Shown: piece by piece, positions 59,701-64,000 of the stretch
Layout of the letters: every line of letters starts with the position of its first letter
How positions within the stretch are numbered: the first letter of the stretch is position 1
From: Asterias rubens
Taxonomy: Eukaryota
DNA length: 64,000 nt
Direction of reading: 5' to 3'
Assembly: GCF_902459465.1 (NCBI RefSeq)
Contig: NC_047070.1
Span: 16,368,001-16,432,000, forward strand
The notes under the pieces: generated by a model
What the model was told of the DNA's origin: nothing
Seen by the model: the letters and a program-made list of their open reading frames with translations, nothing else
The model's database searches: none
Translations under genes and position numbers: made by a program

Positions 59701-61351
59701 TTGTTTAAATTCTTCAGACGGCTGTTTGTGAAGTCTTACAATAGCGTCATCTCAACGGAGGCAATTAAAGTCATGTCCTTCAGTTGGGATTTATTCTGGA
59801 TTATCACTCCCTCTCCCAAACAACGGATCTCTCTTGTTTGTTAAAACCACAGCTGCAAATGAAGATATTAACGCCTGTCCTGCTCTATGCACCCCAGACT
59901 GACACATAACAAACCCCCCCTCTATAGATACACAAGGGCAAACTCTACCAGTGCTTTGGTCTAGTCAGAAAACCTGGCATGCCAGTTCAATACATAACCC
60001 TTTAATTATGCATAGCTGAAGCACGAACATTTGTGCAAAAAGGGTGGTTTTTTTTTTCTTCTTTCATTATTCTCTTGTATATTTGATGACCAGTTGAGTC
60101 GAGACTTTCACTGATTTTGTATTTGATGCGTACACTGTATGTTGGGATACATCAAGTGAGATGCTGGTCTTTTACAACTACCGAACGTGTCCAGTGCCTT
60201 AAGGCTGCACAGGGAACATTGCATACGTACATTGTATCTAGAGGGACACTTTACGTAGCGTGTAAAAGTGAGCAACTCTGCATTTAAGTGTTAAAAAAAC
60301 ACTTAAAGATCAGACATAGGCTTGTTGAAATTGTTGCTGGCTAGTTGGTGTCATATGTTTGAAGAATTTAAATAGTCCGCTGATTGAGTACTTGCCAGGT
60401 AGAGAAGTAGCGTTGTTAGAATTGTGTCTGGTACTTGGACTACTTGCCAATCGTACACCCAATGACTCCTTGGTGTAATGGTGTTTTAGTTTGGCATCTG
60501 GCCAGTGTCCAGTGGGCCACAGTTAATGGAGATTACTGGACTGGTATTCTCAAAGTATCTCGGATAGATCAGGGTTAGATTCTCTGCAGGGAAGAGTTTA
60601 AAATCAGAAGCAAAGTTGTTTTTCGAAACAACTTTGCTACGTAAGAATTCTTGAAGAAGTAAATGTGTTATTTGTTTTGAGGAAAAACGGCTAATCGTCT
60701 TAAAACCTTCCCCTGTTTCTTTGTGTTGGTAAACAGTTTGCAACTAGCTTTGTCTTGATTTGAAACTGTTCTCATTTACTCTATCCCCATTGCCTCCTGA
60801 CATGGAGACGGTTTCTACCTCGGAGTTTCTTAATGGGTGGGAGGAACTTATTCTCTACTACACTGACAGTATAGCAGAGATCACTGGTAGGAGACAGAGT
60901 TGTGCTTTTCAAGTTTCCCTTTCATAAGAATCTACAGTAACACTTCTTCCCATTGTCCAGGCTTGGGGATGCGTCTGATCCTATGTGACAAATTGTTGAC
61001 TTCCAAATTAAACCAAGTCCGCAGTCTCAAGTTTCAACCCTTATGCCCCCCACCTCAGTACTCTGATTAAGTCCGCTTAAGTGATCAGCCTTTCTTCTTA
61101 GTGCATTAGTCTCCATCCTCAGGTGTAAGCCGGTTGTTCCTGTGTTTCTAAGACGCTTAATCCCCGAACAAAGACAGGAAGCATATCAGTAGCCAGAGCA
61201 GTGATCCGGACAGTAGTTGGGCCATGTTGGACACTGGCATGTCCTCGTTAACTTATCAAGTACATGGCTTGATCAATATATGCCCAGAAAGGGATTTGGT
61301 GTGTGTGGACTTTCTTGAGAGCCTGATCAATAAATCTAGAGGCACTTCTTA

Positions 61352-61536
61352 GGCCAAATAAAACAAAATTATGTTTAGCGTCCTCCCTTTTGGGAAAAAA
61401 AGGAATAAGGGCCCTTTAAATACAAAAAATTTAAATGGCTGCTTGGAACAAAATGGTCATTAAGAAAGAAAAAAAAAGCAGTCTCTAAAAAGAAAGCGAG
61501 CGGGGATGCTAAACATGTTTTTGTTTTTATTTGGCC
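61352..61536. mobile_element. MITE with GGCCAAATAAAA termini
   Basis: ggccaaataaaacaaaattatgtttagc / gctaaacatgtttttgtttttatttggcc; related longer copies at ~9948-10278 and ~46040-46330. Confidence 0.65.
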
Positions 61537-62365
61537 ATATAGCAATGGTTTGTGAAGAAGTTTGTGAGAGGAAAAGTGCAATGAGCTTCTTCATTGAGTT
61601 TAATCCTTGCCCAGAGGGTCATGAAATATTCACACAATCAACACTTTTTGAGGAAGCGATAAAAGACTGTAGAGACAGCTAAATGTAAATGTCTACAGCC
61701 GTCGAAAAAATAACAAAAAAACTTTGAACAGTCGCTCATCCAAACACCCTGGCCTCATCCCTTTTTTGAAGCCACTTGTTGTTTTTCTTTGTCTTCCTGT
61801 TTTTGTTTTTATTCCCGAAAACTAAATTTGTCATGGATTTTGAATTCATCATGGCTTCACTCTTTCGAATGATTGATTTCATTCACCATTATTTTAGACT
61901 TTTAAGTAAAAAAAAAACAGTGATAATTTTAGTTAGGCTCTCTCCTTGAAAAAAAAGGCACAATGAGAGACACCCATCCACTCATTCTCTTTTTGAAAAC
62001 ACAATGCGATGAATGTACTTGTAATGGTTGGGCCCAATTTCTTAACGCCTGTATGCACAAAAACTTGTTAAGCATAGAAAACTCTTGCTTGTTTCAATTA
62101 AGGGAATAGAGTAGAGTGAAAGGGCTTCTAAAGGGGCAATATGTAGAGTGACAGAAATGGTGGCTGCATGAACCTTTTGAATTTCATCTTTGAGAGGACA
62201 TGGCCATTTTCATTTTCAGGGCACTTCCAATGGAAAATCCAAAAGTCTATGGGAAACTTTTGACGTGCCAAGTCCAATGCCAAGCCTCCATTTCCATTGC
62301 CTTCATGGTCTTGGTGCCTTTGAAACACAGTAGAAACTTACAATTTTCTCATACGCATTTGTGGT

Positions 62366-62672
62366 GTGTCATGGCCGAGCGGTTAAGAGCACCGGATTCA
62401 AGCTCTGGTGTTTGACCAGCATAGTGTGGGTTCGAATCCCTGCCGTGACACTTGCTACGTAAAATTGGGGAGGTAGTGCTTTCTGTTCTACCTGCCAGGC
62501 TTCGGACTGATGATACCCAAGCCTACATCCATATGGACTGTAAAAGGGCCAACCCTGTTTCAGCCCTAGGAGTAGGTGGCAACGACCTTTGAAAAATAAA
62601 ATTCGTAGCCCACACCTTGAAGTGGCCTTCAGGCCTGGTGTGTTTGGCGATGGGCATACAAATACAAAAAAC
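62366..62672 (+). mobile_element. tRNA(Leu)-derived SINE
   Basis: Head 62366-62451 has A box tggccgagcgg, a CAA-type anticodon loop, long variable arm and B box ggttcgaatcc, but an imperfect T/acceptor stem. Followed by a ~220-bp body and an A-rich tail. Confidence 0.7.
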
Positions 62673-64000
62673 ATATAGGTTGCCCTTTACCTTGGTGCCC
62701 TTGCCTTTTCAAAAACTAAGCATACAGGCCTGCACTTTTGAAAGTTGAAAGTCTGTTTGCTCTCTGATCGCAATTAGACAGTAGCTGCTATTTTCAACAC
62801 TTTTGGTTCACAAAAGCATCACATCATCACGGTTCAATGACTGCTTGGCTGGCACTGTGTTCCGGTTGCTAAGAAACTCATTCAACAAAGCTATAGAAAA
62901 GACCAAAATAACAACACTTTGTGTTGCACTCTTTTATGTTGGTACATCGATTCGGTCAACTTGAAATGCAGGTAACGGTGTCCTCCAGCAATTCTGCACA
63001 GCAAGAAATTTAGAGTGAACTTATTTTGTGCACACTGAATGCTAATATTGAGTTGCAAATCCTGTTTTCTTTGAGTAGTAATTGAAACATTTTGTAAAGC
63101 ATTTTGCTCGGCTATACAAGGGAAAACGTTCACTGGAATATAAGTGATGACAATGCCTTAGGGTTGGATCAGTAAACCCAGAGACAACTTGGCAAAATGA
63201 GTTGGTTTTCGATATTTTAACACCAATCGACCGTTTCTTTCTTTGATCCTACAGCCAAAGAAATATTGTCCCTAGCCTACATATTCCCCCTTAGAGTTGG
63301 TTTGATTGATGATGGCTTCCCCTCCCTTAGGTGACCTACAAGTTCAGAGTGATTCTCCTTTGTGTTGGAAGGCTGTTTTATTATCATCCAATTCTCGGAT
63401 TCAGTATCATGGGACATCTCTTCCGGTCGCCCATTGTTGAGGGAGCTAAGTCATGCCTTGACTCCAACCATTAAAATTAATAGCCTCATTTAGACTTTTG
63501 CTTTCATTACTGACTCCATGACCCTTTTAGATTTTTATTTAATTCAATTTCAGTTCAATTTCAGTTCAATTTGATTTATTTTACCAATTTACAGTGAAAG
63601 TTGTTTTCCTTGCGTGTACTAAAAACATTCAATTTGAAACGTACAACCACAATTCATTACAAATTACAAAACACAGCTCAATACTGACTACTACGTACAT
63701 ACAACAACTAAACAACTGGAATAATGCCCGGGTGGGATTCGAAACCAACAAGCATTGCCAATTCTAGAGCTGATGTTTTATTAATCACTAGGTAGCTGCA
63801 TGTAGAAGGAGTTAGAATCCTTTATTTTAGCAGCGGAAACCGCACAATTTTATGTTAAATTTGATGTCTTCTAATGTGTGTATAGCATTGTACAGTGTAT
63901 ACTCAGTACTTTCCTCAGTCTTGTGGAAACAATATCCATGGTCATATTTACTCAGGTGGGATTCGAACTCCCGACCTTTGCTAATACTTGCTTCTTGCCA

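Larger units (their letters stand above)
395..60200. mobile_element. Further dispersed family-A MITE copies, partial or full
   Basis: Approximately 395-690, 1176-1602, 2440-2516, 6929-7229, 7450-7701, 10548-10640, 11220-11330, 11500-11737, 15100-15330, 16470-16605, 23978-24323, 26720-26800, 35760-35990, 37945-38092, 38229-38380, 41986-42344, 43004-43330, 44085-44428, 60025-60200. All share ctcacttggtgtatctcaacat, gaggtctcgaaatcaa and gagccgtttctcacaatg motifs. Confidence 0.7.

Noticed and set aside
60486-60743. Tc1-like transposase N-terminus (HKETGEGFKTISR)
   Set aside because: Only a short resemblance; no continuing helix-turn-helix or DDE domain and no TIRs found.
62366-62451. Functional tRNA-Leu(CAA) gene
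   Set aside because: The T-stem and acceptor junction are imperfect with extra bases, a SINE body and tail follow, and a related head occurs at 2885.
63715-63985. tRNA genes on the minus strand (gggattcgaa B-box motifs)
   Set aside because: Only B-box remnants with no cloverleaf; likely decayed SINE heads.
57903-64000. Further KNDC1 exons
   Set aside because: No phase-1 acceptor followed by KIND-like sequence (e.g. PPE...YSLG) was found; the next exon is probably beyond the window.

Overview
Eukaryotic, AT-rich genomic DNA. The repeat families and gene content suggest an invertebrate deuterostome, probably a sea star (inference only). There is one assembly gap at 2951-3248. Left half (3.4-31.4 kb): five intronless-CDS GT31 beta-1,3-glycosyltransferase (B3GALT1-like) genes. 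Four encode two tandem GT31 domains, and the first domain lacks the canonical catalytic signature. One gene is a single-domain chimera. The cluster shows gene-conversion tracts, a ~2 kb inverted duplication, a repeated promoter/non-coding-exon module and relic fragments. Middle (36.9-51.2 kb, +): a complete 9-exon cell-surface-type NTPDase (CD39/ENTPD1-2-3-8-like, 518 aa). Right: the first KIND-domain exon of KNDC1 (57659-57902); I found no further exons in the window. Intergenic and intronic DNA is dense in TTAA-flanked Kolobok-type MITEs, palindromic MITEs, tRNA-derived SINEs, a LINE fragment and Penelope-like remnants carrying minimal hammerhead ribozyme motifs (one apparently intact at 18031-18069). 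All alignments were done by eye, so repeat boundaries are approximate.
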